From: Luteolibacter sp.
GTDB lineage: Bacteria; Verrucomicrobiota; Verrucomicrobiia; Verrucomicrobiales; Akkermansiaceae
Direction: 5' to 3'
Length of the DNA stretch: 64,000 nt
Assembly: GCA_041549835.1 (NCBI GenBank)
Contig: JBFEQB010000004.1
Coordinates: 14,486-78,485, forward strand
This document shows positions 1 to 9,887 of the stretch, piece by piece; the stretch's first letter is position 1, and the number at the start of each line of letters is the position of its first letter. The notes under the pieces were generated by a model. The model was not told the DNA's origin and searched no databases. It was given only the letters and a program-made list of their open reading frames with translations. A program made the position numbers and the translations under genes.

Positions 1-1
1 C

Positions 2-160
2 GCCGAGCTGCCGAAGTTCTACAAGGTCTTCCCACGCGACTACGAGCGCATGCTCGAATGCTTCCGCAAGGTCGAGGAAACCGGACTCTCCGGCGACGAG
101 GCCGCCATGGCCGCCTTCGAGGAAAACCTCAAGGACCTCTCCCGCGTCGGCGGCAACTGA
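2..160 (+). CDS. gltB: glutamate synthase large subunit, C-terminal fragment (5' end lies outside the window)
   Basis: Frame is open from the window edge to TGA at 158-160 (..PKFYKVFPRDYERMLECFRKVEE..). It sits directly upstream of gltD, and the tail resembles GltB C-termini. Confidence 0.55.
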   Translation, partial: AELPKFYKVFPRDYERMLECFRKVEETGLSGDEAAMAAFEENLKDLSRVGGN

Positions 161-173
161 TACCACCCAATTT

Positions 174-201
174 CAAATCTCAAATTTCAAATCTCTAATC
201 A
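174..201 (+). repeat. G-free 4x7-nt tandem heptad (CAAATCT CAAATTT CAAATCT CTAATCA) immediately 5' of the gltD start
   Basis: Read directly from the sequence. Ends 1 nt before ATG 203. No Shine-Dalgarno motif is present. Confidence 0.7.
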
Positions 202-202
202 A

Positions 203-1699
203 ATGGGCAAGCCAACAGGATTCATGGAAATTCCCCGCAAGACGGATTCCGAAATCGCTCCGATCGAACGACTCAAGAACTGGAAGGAATTCAAGATTCA
301 CGGCGATGACAAGGATCGCCGCTCGCAAGGTGCGCGTTGCATGGATTGCGGCACGCCGTTCTGCCACACCGGCCACATCGTTTCCGGCATGGCCAGCGGC
401 TGCCCGGTCAACAACCTGATCCCCGAGTGGAACGATCTCATCTTCCGTGGGCGGTGGAAGGAAGCCCTTGAGCGCCTTCACAAAACCAACAATTTCCCGG
501 AATTCACCGGCCGCGTCTGCCCCGCACCCTGCGAAGGTTCCTGCGTGCTCGGCGTCATCGAGCCGCCCGTCACCATCAAGAACAACGAGTGCGCCATCAT
601 CGACAAAGGCTGGCAAGAAGGCTGGGTCACTCCGAAAATTCCCGCCAAACGCACGGGCAGAAACGTTGCCGTCATCGGCTCCGGCCCGGCCGGCCTCGCC
701 TGCGCGGACCAGCTCAACCAAGCCGGCCACAACGTGACCGTCTTCGAGCGCGAGGACCGTATCGGCGGCCTCCTCATGTATGGCATCCCCAACATGAAAC
801 TCGACAAGGAGGAAGTCGTGCAACGCCGCGTCAACCTGATGGCCAAGGAAGGCGTCATTTTCAAAACCGGCATCCATGTCGGCAAGGACAGCGAGTGGAC
901 CGCGGAAAAAATCCGCAAGGACTTCGACGCCACCGTGCTCTGCTGCGGCGCCACCCTCGGCCGTGACCTCCCCATCGAAGGACGTGACGCCAACGGCGTG
1001 CATCTCGCGATGGAATTCCTCACCGCCAACACCCGTTATCAACTCGATCACAGCTTCGACGGCAGCAACCCCGCCCTCAACTCCACCGGCAAGGATGTCG
1101 TCGTCATCGGCGGTGGCGACACCGGCACCGACTGCGTGGGCACCAGCCTACGCCACGGCTGCAAAAGCGTCATCCAGCTTGAAATCATGCCGATGCCGCC
1201 CATGGAGCGCGCCGCCAACAATCCGTGGCCCGAGTGGCCGAAGGTTTACAAGATGGACTACGGCCAGGAGGAAGCCGCCGCCGTGCAAGGAGAAGACCCG
1301 CGTTCCTATCTGGTACAAACCAAGCGCTTCCTCAAAGATGACGCCGGTAATCTATCAGGCCTGGAAATCTGTGAGATCGAGTGGACCAAGGACGAACAAG
1401 GCCGTTTCGCCCCGCAGGAAAAACCCGGCACCGCCCGCGTGATCCCCGCACAACTCGCCTTGCTCGCCATGGGCTTCCTCGGCCCCGAGCAAGAGATCGT
1501 GAAGCAGTTCGCCCTCGAAACCGACGCCCGCTCCAACGTGAAGGCCGAACACGACAAATACACCACCAACCTGCCCGGCGTCTTCGCCGCCGGCGACATG
1601 CGCCGTGGCCAGTCACTCGTCGTCTGGGCCATCAACGAAGGCCGCGGCGCCGCCCGCGAGTGCGACCGATTCCTCATGGGCGTCACCCACCTGCCTTAA
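203..1699 (+). CDS. gltD: glutamate synthase (NADPH) small subunit
   Basis: 498-aa ORF. N-terminal Cys cluster (CMDCGTPFC .. CPAPCEGSC) and two dinucleotide-binding motifs ([18 protein letters not shown]). Classic gltB-gltD order. Confidence 0.9.
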   Translation: MGKPTGFMEIPRKTDSEIAPIERLKNWKEFKIHGDDKDRRSQGARCMDCGTPFCHTGHIVSGMASGCPVNNLIPEWNDLIFRGRWKEALERLHKTNNFPEFTGRVCPAPCEGSCVLGVIEPPVTIKNNECAIIDKGWQEGWVTPKIPAKRTGRNVAVIGSGPAGLACADQLNQAGHNVTVFEREDRIGGLLMYGIPNMKLDKEEVVQRRVNLMAKEGVIFKTGIHVGKDSEWTAEKIRKDFDATVLCCGATLGRDLPIEGRDANGVHLAMEFLTANTRYQLDHSFDGSNPALNSTGKDVVVIGGGDTGTDCVGTSLRHGCKSVIQLEIMPMPPMERAANNPWPEWPKVYKMDYGQEEAAAVQGEDPRSYLVQTKRFLKDDAGNLSGLEICEIEWTKDEQGRFAPQEKPGTARVIPAQLALLAMGFLGPEQEIVKQFALETDARSNVKAEHDKYTTNLPGVFAAGDMRRGQSLVVWAINEGRGAARECDRFLMGVTHLP

Positions 1700-1710
1700 G
1701 CGCCCGCCGT

Positions 1711-2118
1711 TCAGGCAGACTCGAGAATCACGTTGCCGTAGGGCGTCGCATCCCCGGTGCGGATCAGTCCGATCGCCTGCGGCACACGTTTCTTGAAGTC
1801 CACATGCGCCTCACGCGTGACCGGCACATCGCCGAAGGATTTCGTGAAGCGGGCGACGGTTTCCGGCGTGTTGTTCGCGATGAATTCGTCCGCCTGCCGG
1901 ATCCGGCCGATCTGGAACACGGGCGTCAACAGATCCAGCACGTCGAGGATCGAGGGAATGCCGTGGGTCAGCGAGATGTCCACCGTCTCGATCTCCGGCC
2001 AGAAGGGAAACGCCCAATCCGAAATCACCAGTGTGTTTGTGTGACGGATCCGGGCGACAAGATCGAGGACATGAGGATTAAGGATACCGGACTTGAGCAT
2101 GACGGAGGGGATTTTCAT
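1711..2118 (-). CDS. RbsD/FucU family sugar mutarotase (D-ribose pyranase-like)
   Basis: 135-aa ORF. LNPHVLDLVARIRHTNTLVISDWAFP resembles the RbsD/FucU N-terminal His motif, and the length fits the family. Confidence 0.65.
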   Translation of the reverse strand: MKIPSVMLKSGILNPHVLDLVARIRHTNTLVISDWAFPFWPEIETVDISLTHGIPSILDVLDLLTPVFQIGRIRQADEFIANNTPETVARFTKSFGDVPVTREAHVDFKKRVPQAIGLIRTGDATPYGNVILESA

Positions 2119-2411
2119 CCCACGCTCGCCATCGTCAATTGCAATCCTTCCCGTCCGGCATGGGGCGGACCAAGGCCATCGCCTCCTTTTCGCCTTGATT
2201 CAAATTGCCCGGAACCCTCACGCGCGGCCGGGAATGCCAAGGGCAGGCACCATGGCCGCCGTCCGATGAATGCGCGATGGGCGCGAAGGATTTATAGAAA
2301 AAAATGGATTACTTGCCTTGGAAAGCATGGCTGATTTCCATGCGGATCCAATTCCATACCTAACAAAATCAGCGCCTTTCTCTGCGGTCTCGGAAGTGGC
2401 GCAAAGGTCTG

Positions 2412-3962
2412 CTATTCCACCGGAGAGATCGCGCCGGTGATGATCTCGCAGTCCGGCAGCTTCTGCTGGAGGGACTTGACCGCACCCGGAGTGACGGCGG
2501 TCTGCCAGAGGTAGAGCCGCTTCAGGTTGGGCATGGCGGCGAGTTTGAGGACGCCGGAATCGGTGATTTTGGTGCCGTGGAAGTTGATGGACTCCAAAGT
2601 CGGCAGGGTGAGCAGCGTTTCGATCGCTGAGTCCGTGACTCCGGTTTCAGCGAGACGCACCAACCGGAGCCGGGTGGCGGATTTCAACAGGGCCACCGAC
2701 TTGTCCGTGATGAGCGTGGCGGAAAGATCCGCGGTCACAAGATGCGGCAGGACGGCAGCGAGTTTTCCGAAGGCCGCGTCGTCCAGTTTTCCCCTCAGGG
2801 AAACAGCGGAGAACGTCACCAGAGCGGACTCTTGGGACTCGAAGGAAAGAGCTCCGGGAAATTCTCCCGTTAGGCCCGCGACCAAGGACTTCAGGGCATC
2901 ATCCGGGCCAGTGGTTTCCGGAACCGGAGGATGGCCGGTCGCCGCGGACGTCTCAGCCGGGGACGCGGCGGGAAGCATGGCGAGCGCATCCTTCACCTCT
3001 GCGGGCGTTTCGAACTCACCAAGCATCTTCGTTGGATCCGCGCCTTGATCGAGCCACCACTTGATGACGAGCAGTTCGGCCTCCTCAACCTGCGGCTTTC
3101 CTTCAGGCGGCATGTGGTCGTCGTCGTCTTCAGGCAGCACCATGCGGACGACGATGTTGCTCATGGCGGCATTTCCAGGCTCGATGCCCGGGCCTTCCTT
3201 GCCGCCCTTGACTAGCATCTCGTAAGTATCCATCCGGAACTTGCCCTTGGACTTTTCCTCCTTGTGACACTGGACACATCGGCGTTCGAAAATGGGCGCG
3301 ACGATGTCCGTATAGACCACCTGCTCGGCGGCGGGCTTCAGCGGGAGCGCACGTTTCGCGGGCTCCAGCCCGAGGATCTCCCGGAGCGGCGCAGGGGCGT
3401 ATCGGGTGAGATAATCGCTGCCGTGGGTGAGCGAGGCCCCGTCGTGGCTGGCGAATCCCATCACCCCGAAACTCCCGAAAAGCAGCAGCCGATACCACGC
3501 GGCATTGGCCGAAAGCGAAACCGTCCACGCCTTGACCACGAAGGTGAGGACTGCGGCCATGGCAAACACCAAACCACCCCACAAATGCCGCCCAGCGAGA
3601 TCATTGCCACCGTAGTCCGCTCCATGACCGTGATAGAGCAGAAAGCCCGCGATCGCCGCGACCACCGCACTGGCGGCTCCGAAAAACACCGGAAACAACG
3701 AACTGGAGGCCGCCGTAGGGCTGCGCCTGAAAAAAATCGCCCCGAGCTCCTGAAACAAGATCAGCACGAAAACCCCGATCGGGAGGTGCAACACCAAGGG
3801 GTGGAAATGCCCGAAAAAACGCACGAGGTCCGGCATTTCCGCGCCGCCCGGATCACCGGCAAGAACCGGCATCGAAGCCAATCCCCCGATGGCGATCAAC
3901 CCGAAAAACGTGGGCGCCCACGGGCGCTTTCTCGAAACAGATGGTGAGGCGTTATCTGCCAT
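2412..3962 (-). CDS. membrane protein with planctomycete-type cytochrome c domain and C-terminal leucine-rich repeats
   Basis: 516-aa ORF. Hydrophobic multi-TM N-terminal half, a CVQCH heme-binding motif followed by ..DHMPP.., and a C-terminal L-rich repeat region (LxxLxL periodicity). Confidence 0.6.
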   Translation of the reverse strand: MADNASPSVSRKRPWAPTFFGLIAIGGLASMPVLAGDPGGAEMPDLVRFFGHFHPLVLHLPIGVFVLILFQELGAIFFRRSPTAASSSLFPVFFGAASAVVAAIAGFLLYHGHGADYGGNDLAGRHLWGGLVFAMAAVLTFVVKAWTVSLSANAAWYRLLLFGSFGVMGFASHDGASLTHGSDYLTRYAPAPLREILGLEPAKRALPLKPAAEQVVYTDIVAPIFERRCVQCHKEEKSKGKFRMDTYEMLVKGGKEGPGIEPGNAAMSNIVVRMVLPEDDDDHMPPEGKPQVEEAELLVIKWWLDQGADPTKMLGEFETPAEVKDALAMLPAASPAETSAATGHPPVPETTGPDDALKSLVAGLTGEFPGALSFESQESALVTFSAVSLRGKLDDAAFGKLAAVLPHLVTADLSATLITDKSVALLKSATRLRLVRLAETGVTDSAIETLLTLPTLESINFHGTKITDSGVLKLAAMPNLKRLYLWQTAVTPGAVKSLQQKLPDCEIITGAISPVE

Positions 3963-4015
3963 ACGCGGGTTTTACGAGGGAGGCCGCCGGGTTCTTCCAT
4001 GCGATTGCAGGAGAA

Positions 4016-4246
4016 TCAGACGTCAAGGGTCCCCCCCCGATCCTTCTTGGAACCCCGCGGCTTCGCTCCCTTGGAGGAAAATGGCAACCAGCGGCGCACA
4101 TCGTAGCCGAGGTAGGCCATGGCGTTCACAAACACCAGTAAGGCCAGCCCCTCATCAATGAACGGCAAAGGATCCGGAATCGGTCCCGCGACAAGCAGGT
4201 AGAGTCCGGAAAGGATGGCCAACAGCCACGCGAGACGTCGTTTCAT
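4016..4246 (-). CDS. small membrane protein (hypothetical)
   Basis: 76-aa ORF with two hydrophobic segments and a basic tail. No family recognised. Confidence 0.3.
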   Translation of the reverse strand: MKRRLAWLLAILSGLYLLVAGPIPDPLPFIDEGLALLVFVNAMAYLGYDVRRWLPFSSKGAKPRGSKKDRGGTLDV

Positions 4247-4335
4247 GGCAGGACCCTAGCACGCGTCCCATGCCCCGCAAGATGCGGGCTTGATTCAGCC
4301 GCTCATCCGGCAAGACTTCCGCAACTCACCCCGCC

Positions 4336-4668
4336 ATGGACCCCATCCTCCTCAAAACACTGCACCTCGCCGGAGCCTTCGCCCTTTTCACCTCTCTCGG
4401 CGCCACCCTGCTGGGCGGCTCCGGTAGAAAGGGTGCCTCCATGCTCCACGGCATTTCGCTGCTGCTGATCCTAGGCGTCGGATTCGCCATGCTCAAGAAG
4501 CCGCCGATGGGCCAGTCCTGGTGGATGATCAAGCTCGGCCTTTGGCTATTCCTCGGTGTGGCGCCGGTCCTCGCGAAACGCAAGGTATTGCCCCCGTGGC
4601 TGGTGCTGGTGCTCTCGCTCGCCGCCGCAGTGACCGCCGCCTGGCTCGGACTTCGCAAACCATTCTAA
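4336..4668 (+). CDS. small integral membrane protein (about 4 TM, hypothetical)
   Basis: 110-aa ORF made almost entirely of four hydrophobic helices. The antisense ORF at the same locus looks like a GC shadow. Confidence 0.4.
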   Translation: MDPILLKTLHLAGAFALFTSLGATLLGGSGRKGASMLHGISLLLILGVGFAMLKKPPMGQSWWMIKLGLWLFLGVAPVLAKRKVLPPWLVLVLSLAAAVTAAWLGLRKPF

Positions 4669-4734
4669 CCCCACCCGCCGGACCACCCGGTCAACCGGTT
4701 GACAGAACCGGATTCGCGACGTTTCCTCAACAGG

Positions 4735-5700
4735 ATGTCGCCTGACTCCCAGCAGGACTTTGCGCTCGCCTTCCTGAGCATCCTCTTCGAGGGGGCTCCC
4801 TTCATCCTGTTGGGCACCCTGATCAGCGGCTTCATCGATGTCTACCTGCCCGCCGGGACGATGGAACGGTTCCTGCCTCGAAACCGCTACCGGGCGGTGA
4901 TGATGGCGGGCTTGTTAGGCGCGGTGTTCCCGGTCTGTGAGTGCGCGGTGGTGCCGGTGATCCGGCGCTTGGTGAAAAAAGGCCTGCCGGTCTCCTGCGC
5001 GCTGACCTACATGCTGGCGGCTCCAATCGTAAATCCGATCACTGCGCTGAGCACCTGGAAAGCTTTCCAAGGACAGGACCCGGCGCTGATGACCGGTTCG
5101 CGCCTGTTGCTGGGATACATGATCGCCGTAGCCGTCGGCTTCATCGTGTTGCGCCTTCCGCTCGCCGCGGTGCTCAAGCCCAAACTGGTGGCCAGCATCG
5201 AAACGGACGGGGCGCGGGAAGCCCCGCATGAGCACGATGACTGCTGCGGCCATCACCACCACGCTCCGGCGGCGGATCGCGGGAAGAAGCTGCTCGCGGC
5301 GTTTCGTTCGGCAATGAAGGACTTCGTGGATGTCGGGGTTTATTTCACCATCGGCGTGACGATCACCGCCTTGTTCAACACCGGCGTCGCCCCCGGCGCG
5401 GCATGGCTCGACAGCCTCGCAGAAAACCCGGTCGGCGCTCCGGCAGCGCTGATGGGTCTGGCTTTCATCCTGAGCCTGTGCAGCACCTCGGACGCCTTCA
5501 TCGCCGCCACTTTGGACAAATTCACCGCCGGGGCGAAACTCGCGTTCCTCACCTTCGGACCGATGATGGACGTGAAGCTGTTGTTCCTCTATCAGACGGT
5601 GCTGAAGAAAGGTTTCATCCTCCGGTTGGCGGTCGGGCTGGTGCTCGCCACCGGTGGCATTTCCATCCTGCTGCAACACTTTGTCTTCCAAACAAAATGA
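4735..5700 (+). CDS. permease, COG0701/ArsP_1-like (putative metal transporter subunit)
   Basis: Polytopic membrane ORF (FEGAPFILLGTLISGFIDVYLP..). The ORF track starts at TTG 4699; ATG 4735 is preferred. Contains a His/Cys-rich loop, HEHDDCCGHHHH. Paired with a TIGR03943-type partner. Confidence 0.7.
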   Translation: MSPDSQQDFALAFLSILFEGAPFILLGTLISGFIDVYLPAGTMERFLPRNRYRAVMMAGLLGAVFPVCECAVVPVIRRLVKKGLPVSCALTYMLAAPIVNPITALSTWKAFQGQDPALMTGSRLLLGYMIAVAVGFIVLRLPLAAVLKPKLVASIETDGAREAPHEHDDCCGHHHHAPAADRGKKLLAAFRSAMKDFVDVGVYFTIGVTITALFNTGVAPGAAWLDSLAENPVGAPAALMGLAFILSLCSTSDAFIAATLDKFTAGAKLAFLTFGPMMDVKLLFLYQTVLKKGFILRLAVGLVLATGGISILLQHFVFQTK

Positions 5701-6488
5701 ACCCGCGGACCCGGCGTATCATTCATTCCCTGGCGCTGCTCGTCTGGAGCGCCACGTTGTTGTATTTTTACAGCAGCGGGCGCATCAACAAATACCTGGC
5801 CACCGACTTCCGGCTGATCGCCTTCGCGGGCGGCCTCGGCCTCGCCGTGCTGGGCTTGTTCAACCTGCTGACCGCGGAGCAGGATGCTGATTGCGGCCAC
5901 GATCATGAAAGCACGGAAATGCATCCGCTCGCCGCCGCACTCTTGATGATCGTCCCGGTCGCTCTTTCGGTGGCGTGGACAAAAGACAGCTATTCCATCT
6001 CGGCGCTCACGCGCAAGGGGCTCTACGATACGCCGGCGGTCGTCGCCCCGCCCGCGCTATCCTCTTCCATGCAGGCATTGACACCCGAAGAACTTGAGAA
6101 AAGCCACCGCAAGACGCCGGACGGAGCCCTCAAGTTCGACCTGATGGAAATCTTTTTCGCCACCGGCGAGCGCGAGTTGCAATCGCTTCTCGACGGGCTC
6201 ATGGTGGAAACCGAAGGCCGCTGGATGGATGAGAAAGTCCGCAACCCGGACGGCACCCGGAAGCGCCTCTACCGGCTCTTCCTCACCTGTTGCGCGGCGG
6301 ACAGCCGGGCGATCCCCATCATTCTTGAATTCGGCGCCCCCCCGCCGGAGTTCCCCGAAAACGCTTGGGTTAAAGTCTCGGGCACCATGCGCTTCCCGAT
6401 GGAAGGCGGCCAACTCCAACCGGTCATGATGGTCGGCCGGGCGATGGCGTCCGATCCTCCGTTCGAGGAAAGCTTCATGAGGAACTAA
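5697..6488 (+). CDS. TIGR03943/DUF1980-family membrane protein (partner of the COG0701 permease)
   Basis: The ATG at 5697 overlaps the upstream stop (ATGA). Two N-terminal TM helices, a CGHDHE loop and a C-terminal LTCCAAD motif typical of this family. The track ORF starting at 5403 is an upstream read-through of the same frame. Confidence 0.65.
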   Translation: MNPRTRRIIHSLALLVWSATLLYFYSSGRINKYLATDFRLIAFAGGLGLAVLGLFNLLTAEQDADCGHDHESTEMHPLAAALLMIVPVALSVAWTKDSYSISALTRKGLYDTPAVVAPPALSSSMQALTPEELEKSHRKTPDGALKFDLMEIFFATGERELQSLLDGLMVETEGRWMDEKVRNPDGTRKRLYRLFLTCCAADSRAIPIILEFGAPPPEFPENAWVKVSGTMRFPMEGGQLQPVMMVGRAMASDPPFEESFMRN

Positions 6489-6510
6489 CCCATCCCGGAT
6501 TTCCAAAGCC

Positions 6511-7806
6511 ATGCCTTCACCTCAAACCGTCCTTCCCTGGCTCCTCGGCGGAACCCTCGGTGCCGCCGGCATCCTCCAGGGACTGCATTGGAAAGCCACC
6601 CTCGCGCCGGCCAATCCCAAGGAACTCGAAAACCAGCTCCGCAGCGTCGGCGAGCAGATCGAAATGCTCAGGCGGGAAAACGAATCGCTCCGCTCACTCG
6701 CCCAAGGCGGCGGGGAACTCTCGGTGCCACGGGAATTCATCGACCGCACCGAAAAGAATTTCGGGCTGCGCTTCCTCTCGAGTCCGGTCATCCACCGTAT
6801 CGCCCGGGAGGAACTCCGCGACCGGATCGCCGCTGCCATCGAAAGCCGCATGGGGCCCTCCGGTATCGAAGACCGCCAGAGGTCTTATCAGCTCATCGGC
6901 TGGCTGCGCCCTGATGACCATCTTCTCACGCAGCTCACCGCCGTCCGCTCGGTGGGAGCCAGCGGCTGGTTCGACGATGTCACCGGCGAGGGTTGGATGC
7001 TGGATCGGGCGGATTTGAAAAACATCCCCGATCAGGCGACCCTCATCGGCCTGTTGGCGAGGGTTCTGTTTCACCAGCACTTCCCCCCCACCCCGGCCCA
7101 CCCCGGTGATGACGCCGCGCGCGCCCGCGAGGCCCTCCACCAAGGAACCGCCGCCGCCGCGGAGGCCCGCTTCTACGCGGAAAAAGCCCGCAACTCCGGC
7201 TTCATCCCGATGAAGAAAAACACGGAGTTCAAGCAACTCCTCGCCAGCCTCCCCCCATTCGTGCAGGGACTCACCCGTTTCCCGCAACTCGAAGGCAAGG
7301 GCTTCGCGGATTCCCTCTACCTGCAGGGAAATGAAAAACTTCAGGACGCCTTCCGCAATCCGCCGCAAACCACGCGCGCCATCATTTCACCGGACCAACC
7401 CGCCGCCGCTCCCGGCGCCCTCGAAGCGCCCGCCACTGCGGAAGAACCGTTCCTAAATGAATCCGCCGGTCAACTCGGCCTCCGGCTCTGGCTTCAGCCT
7501 CTCGGCGAGGCGGACATCGCCGACAACTGGAAAGGCGACCGCTACCTCCTGTTCCCCGATGGAGATAGCTCCACCGCCATCATCTGGGACATCGAACTCG
7601 CATCCGCCGAAGCCACCGACCGGCTCCAAGCCTGCGCCCTCCAACTGGCCGCCGCCCTCGCCGAAAGCAAACAACACGCCGCCGTCGGAGACATCATCCC
7701 CTCTCCCGGCAAGCGCCACCTCGCCGTGGTCCGGGTCACGCCCACCCGGCTCCGTTTCCTCAACACCGCGGAAGCCTCCACCACCGCCAGATTCGGCAAC
7801 CCATAG
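6511..7806 (+). CDS. hypothetical membrane-anchored protein with N-terminal coiled coil
   Basis: 431-aa ORF. N-terminal hydrophobic anchor, then LENQLRSVGEQIEMLRRENESLRSL. No family recognised. Confidence 0.45.
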   Translation: MPSPQTVLPWLLGGTLGAAGILQGLHWKATLAPANPKELENQLRSVGEQIEMLRRENESLRSLAQGGGELSVPREFIDRTEKNFGLRFLSSPVIHRIAREELRDRIAAAIESRMGPSGIEDRQRSYQLIGWLRPDDHLLTQLTAVRSVGASGWFDDVTGEGWMLDRADLKNIPDQATLIGLLARVLFHQHFPPTPAHPGDDAARAREALHQGTAAAAEARFYAEKARNSGFIPMKKNTEFKQLLASLPPFVQGLTRFPQLEGKGFADSLYLQGNEKLQDAFRNPPQTTRAIISPDQPAAAPGALEAPATAEEPFLNESAGQLGLRLWLQPLGEADIADNWKGDRYLLFPDGDSSTAIIWDIELASAEATDRLQACALQLAAALAESKQHAAVGDIIPSPGKRHLAVVRVTPTRLRFLNTAEASTTARFGNP

Positions 7807-7818
7807 CATCCAGCCTCA

Positions 7819-8505
7819 GTGCCCCGAGCATTCATCTTGAATGCGCTCCCATCAACGAATCGTCCGACTGGCGGGAATTTTGAGAATTTGTCGCTTGGTC
7901 ATGACGCTGCTGCGAAGGAACCTGTGAACGTGCGCCTGTTGAACCTTCATATCCACGAACCCCTGCCCGGCCAGGTGCTGCCGCTGATGGCGGAAGCGCT
8001 CGGCCCTGAGGAGGCGGCCCGCCGCTACCGGGCGATCGTGCTCACCACACTGCGCCAGCTGCGCGGCCTGACAAACTCCCGGCTGCGGATTCTAACCACG
8101 CCGGATGACGCCTCGGAGGCCGTTCGTTTCTGGCTGCTCCCTCGTCTCGCGGACCGCTGGCAGGCAGAGAACGGGGTTTTCCGCACGGACGGATGGGAAA
8201 TCGATTTCGGCGGGGAAACGGGCCACTATCAGGTGGTCGCGTGGGGCGAGGTTTTGTGTCCGCTTCTCAGTGCGCGCTGGGTGCATACGGCTCTGCTGGG
8301 ACTGGAACGCGGCAATCTCCTTGCCAGCGGACCGATGGCGGGAGGCGGCGAATATTTCCGGGCAGAGGCCGTGGTGGCCGGTGAAAGGCACGAAATCAGA
8401 ACCTTACCGGAATTGCCGGTGATCCGCCGGGAGAAGGAGTGGAACGAGGCCTTGCAGAGCCCATTGGGCCCGGCGCTGAAGCGCGCTTGGGAGGAAGAAG
8501 GATAG
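7819..8505 (+). CDS. hypothetical protein, weak DUF2064/TIGR04282-like resemblance
   Basis: 228-aa ORF. PLPGQV..LGPEEAARRYRAIVLTTL resembles the DUF2064 N-terminus. Start is uncertain (GTG 7819 or GTG 7924). Confidence 0.3.
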   Translation: MPRAFILNALPSTNRPTGGNFENLSLGHDAAAKEPVNVRLLNLHIHEPLPGQVLPLMAEALGPEEAARRYRAIVLTTLRQLRGLTNSRLRILTTPDDASEAVRFWLLPRLADRWQAENGVFRTDGWEIDFGGETGHYQVVAWGEVLCPLLSARWVHTALLGLERGNLLASGPMAGGGEYFRAEAVVAGERHEIRTLPELPVIRREKEWNEALQSPLGPALKRAWEEEG

Positions 8506-8734
8506 ACGGCGTGGGACGTTCCTTGGTCGCGCCTTGAGCAAGGTCGTCCTCCCTTACGGCGGCCGTCCTCCCCCAACCGCCTCCCGCCAAAAGCATATTC
8601 AAGGCAGTCTGCGACACCTGCCGCATGCCCGGGCACCAACAGCAGCGGCAAGCAACCGCAGGTCTGCTCCTTGGGTTTCCATTTTGATTTCCTGAAAGGA
8701 CACAATGGGTCCACAGGTATAGGGGACTTACCCT

Positions 8735-9736
8735 GTGAAGCGCCTCATCTCCATCCTATCCATGTTGTATTTTGTTCAGGCCACCGGCTATGCATCGCCC
8801 CCCCTGAGTGTGCGTTATGCGGGCGGGGAAGGGCCTGGCAAAGGCAAGCACGTGGTCCTGATCGCGGGCGACGAAGAATACCGCTCTGAAGAATCGTTGC
8901 CCATGCTCGGCCGCATCCTCGCCAAGCACCACGGTTTCGACTGCACGGTCCTGTTCCCGGTCTCAAAGGACGGCTTCATCGATCCCAACAACCAGACCTG
9001 CCTGAGCACCCCCGAAGCACTCGACTCGGCGGATGCGATCGTGATGTTGATCCGTTTCCGCAAGTGGCCCGCCTACGTAATGGCTAAGTTTGAAGCGGCG
9101 ATGAAACGCGGTGTGCCGATCGTCGGCCTGCGCACCAGCACCCACGCCTTCCGATTTCCCCAAGAAAGCGAGTTCGCCAGCTACAACCTGTGGGGCAGGA
9201 ATGTGCTCGGTGAGAAGTGGGTCAGCCACTGGGGGGAGCACAAGCAGGAAGCTACCCGCGGCGTGATCGAGGATGCCCATGCCACGCATCCGGTGCTCAA
9301 CGGCGTAAAGGATGTGTTCGGCGACTCCGATGTCTACGAGGCCGCGCCGCCGGACGATGCCACCATTCTGATGCGCGGTCAGGTGCTCAAGGGAATGCAG
9401 CCGACCGATGAACCGGCCGACTATATCAAAAAGTCCCGCCCGACAGGCTTGGTGCAACCGGTCAATGACCCGATGATGCCCGTCGCCTGGGTGCGCGAAT
9501 TGCCGCGCGACAGCGGCCTCGCCCAACGCATCGTCACCAACACCATGGGAGCCGCCACCGATCTGCAGAGCGAGGACCTCCGTCGTCTGGTGGTGAATGG
9601 GGTCTTCTGGGGCCTGCGGATGAAAGTGCCTGAGAAAGCGGACGTCTCCGTCGTTGGTGACTTCAAACCATTGATGTATGGCTTTGATGATTTCCGCCAG
9701 AAAGTGCGCCCCTCGGCCCATGGGATGGCTCAATGA
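8735..9736 (+). CDS. ThuA-domain (trehalose-utilisation-like) secreted protein
   Basis: 333-aa ORF with a GTG start and signal peptide. KHVVLIAGDEEYRSEESLPMLGRILA is typical of planctomycete/verrucomicrobial ThuA-like proteins. Confidence 0.55.
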   Translation: MKRLISILSMLYFVQATGYASPPLSVRYAGGEGPGKGKHVVLIAGDEEYRSEESLPMLGRILAKHHGFDCTVLFPVSKDGFIDPNNQTCLSTPEALDSADAIVMLIRFRKWPAYVMAKFEAAMKRGVPIVGLRTSTHAFRFPQESEFASYNLWGRNVLGEKWVSHWGEHKQEATRGVIEDAHATHPVLNGVKDVFGDSDVYEAAPPDDATILMRGQVLKGMQPTDEPADYIKKSRPTGLVQPVNDPMMPVAWVRELPRDSGLAQRIVTNTMGAATDLQSEDLRRLVVNGVFWGLRMKVPEKADVSVVGDFKPLMYGFDDFRQKVRPSAHGMAQ

Positions 9737-9751
9737 TGAGCCGCCCTCCCG

Positions 9752-9777
9752 CCCCTTTGCCTGAAGTCAGGCAGGGG
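9752..9777 (+). terminator. stem-loop downstream of the ThuA-like gene (possible terminator)
   Basis: CCCCTTTGCCTG-AAGT-CAGGCAGGGG, an imperfect hairpin 16 nt after the stop. The downstream region is T-rich but lacks an immediate U-run. Confidence 0.3.
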
Positions 9778-9887
9778 CCTTCCTGTGCATATCTTGCTTC
9801 CTTTTTAGCCAATTCTGGGATTTTCCGAATTTTTCTTGTTATTGCGACCCATTCTCATAAACGAGTCATGTCACCGCTCACCGCGGA

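Noticed and set aside
9830-9870. Fur-box-like AT-rich sequence (TTGTTATTGCGACCCATTCTCATAA) upstream of the porin/FMN-bind operon
   Set aside because: It matches the GATAATGATAATCATTATC consensus only weakly and has no dyad symmetry by eye. An AT-rich promoter is likely, but a Fur site is not supported.
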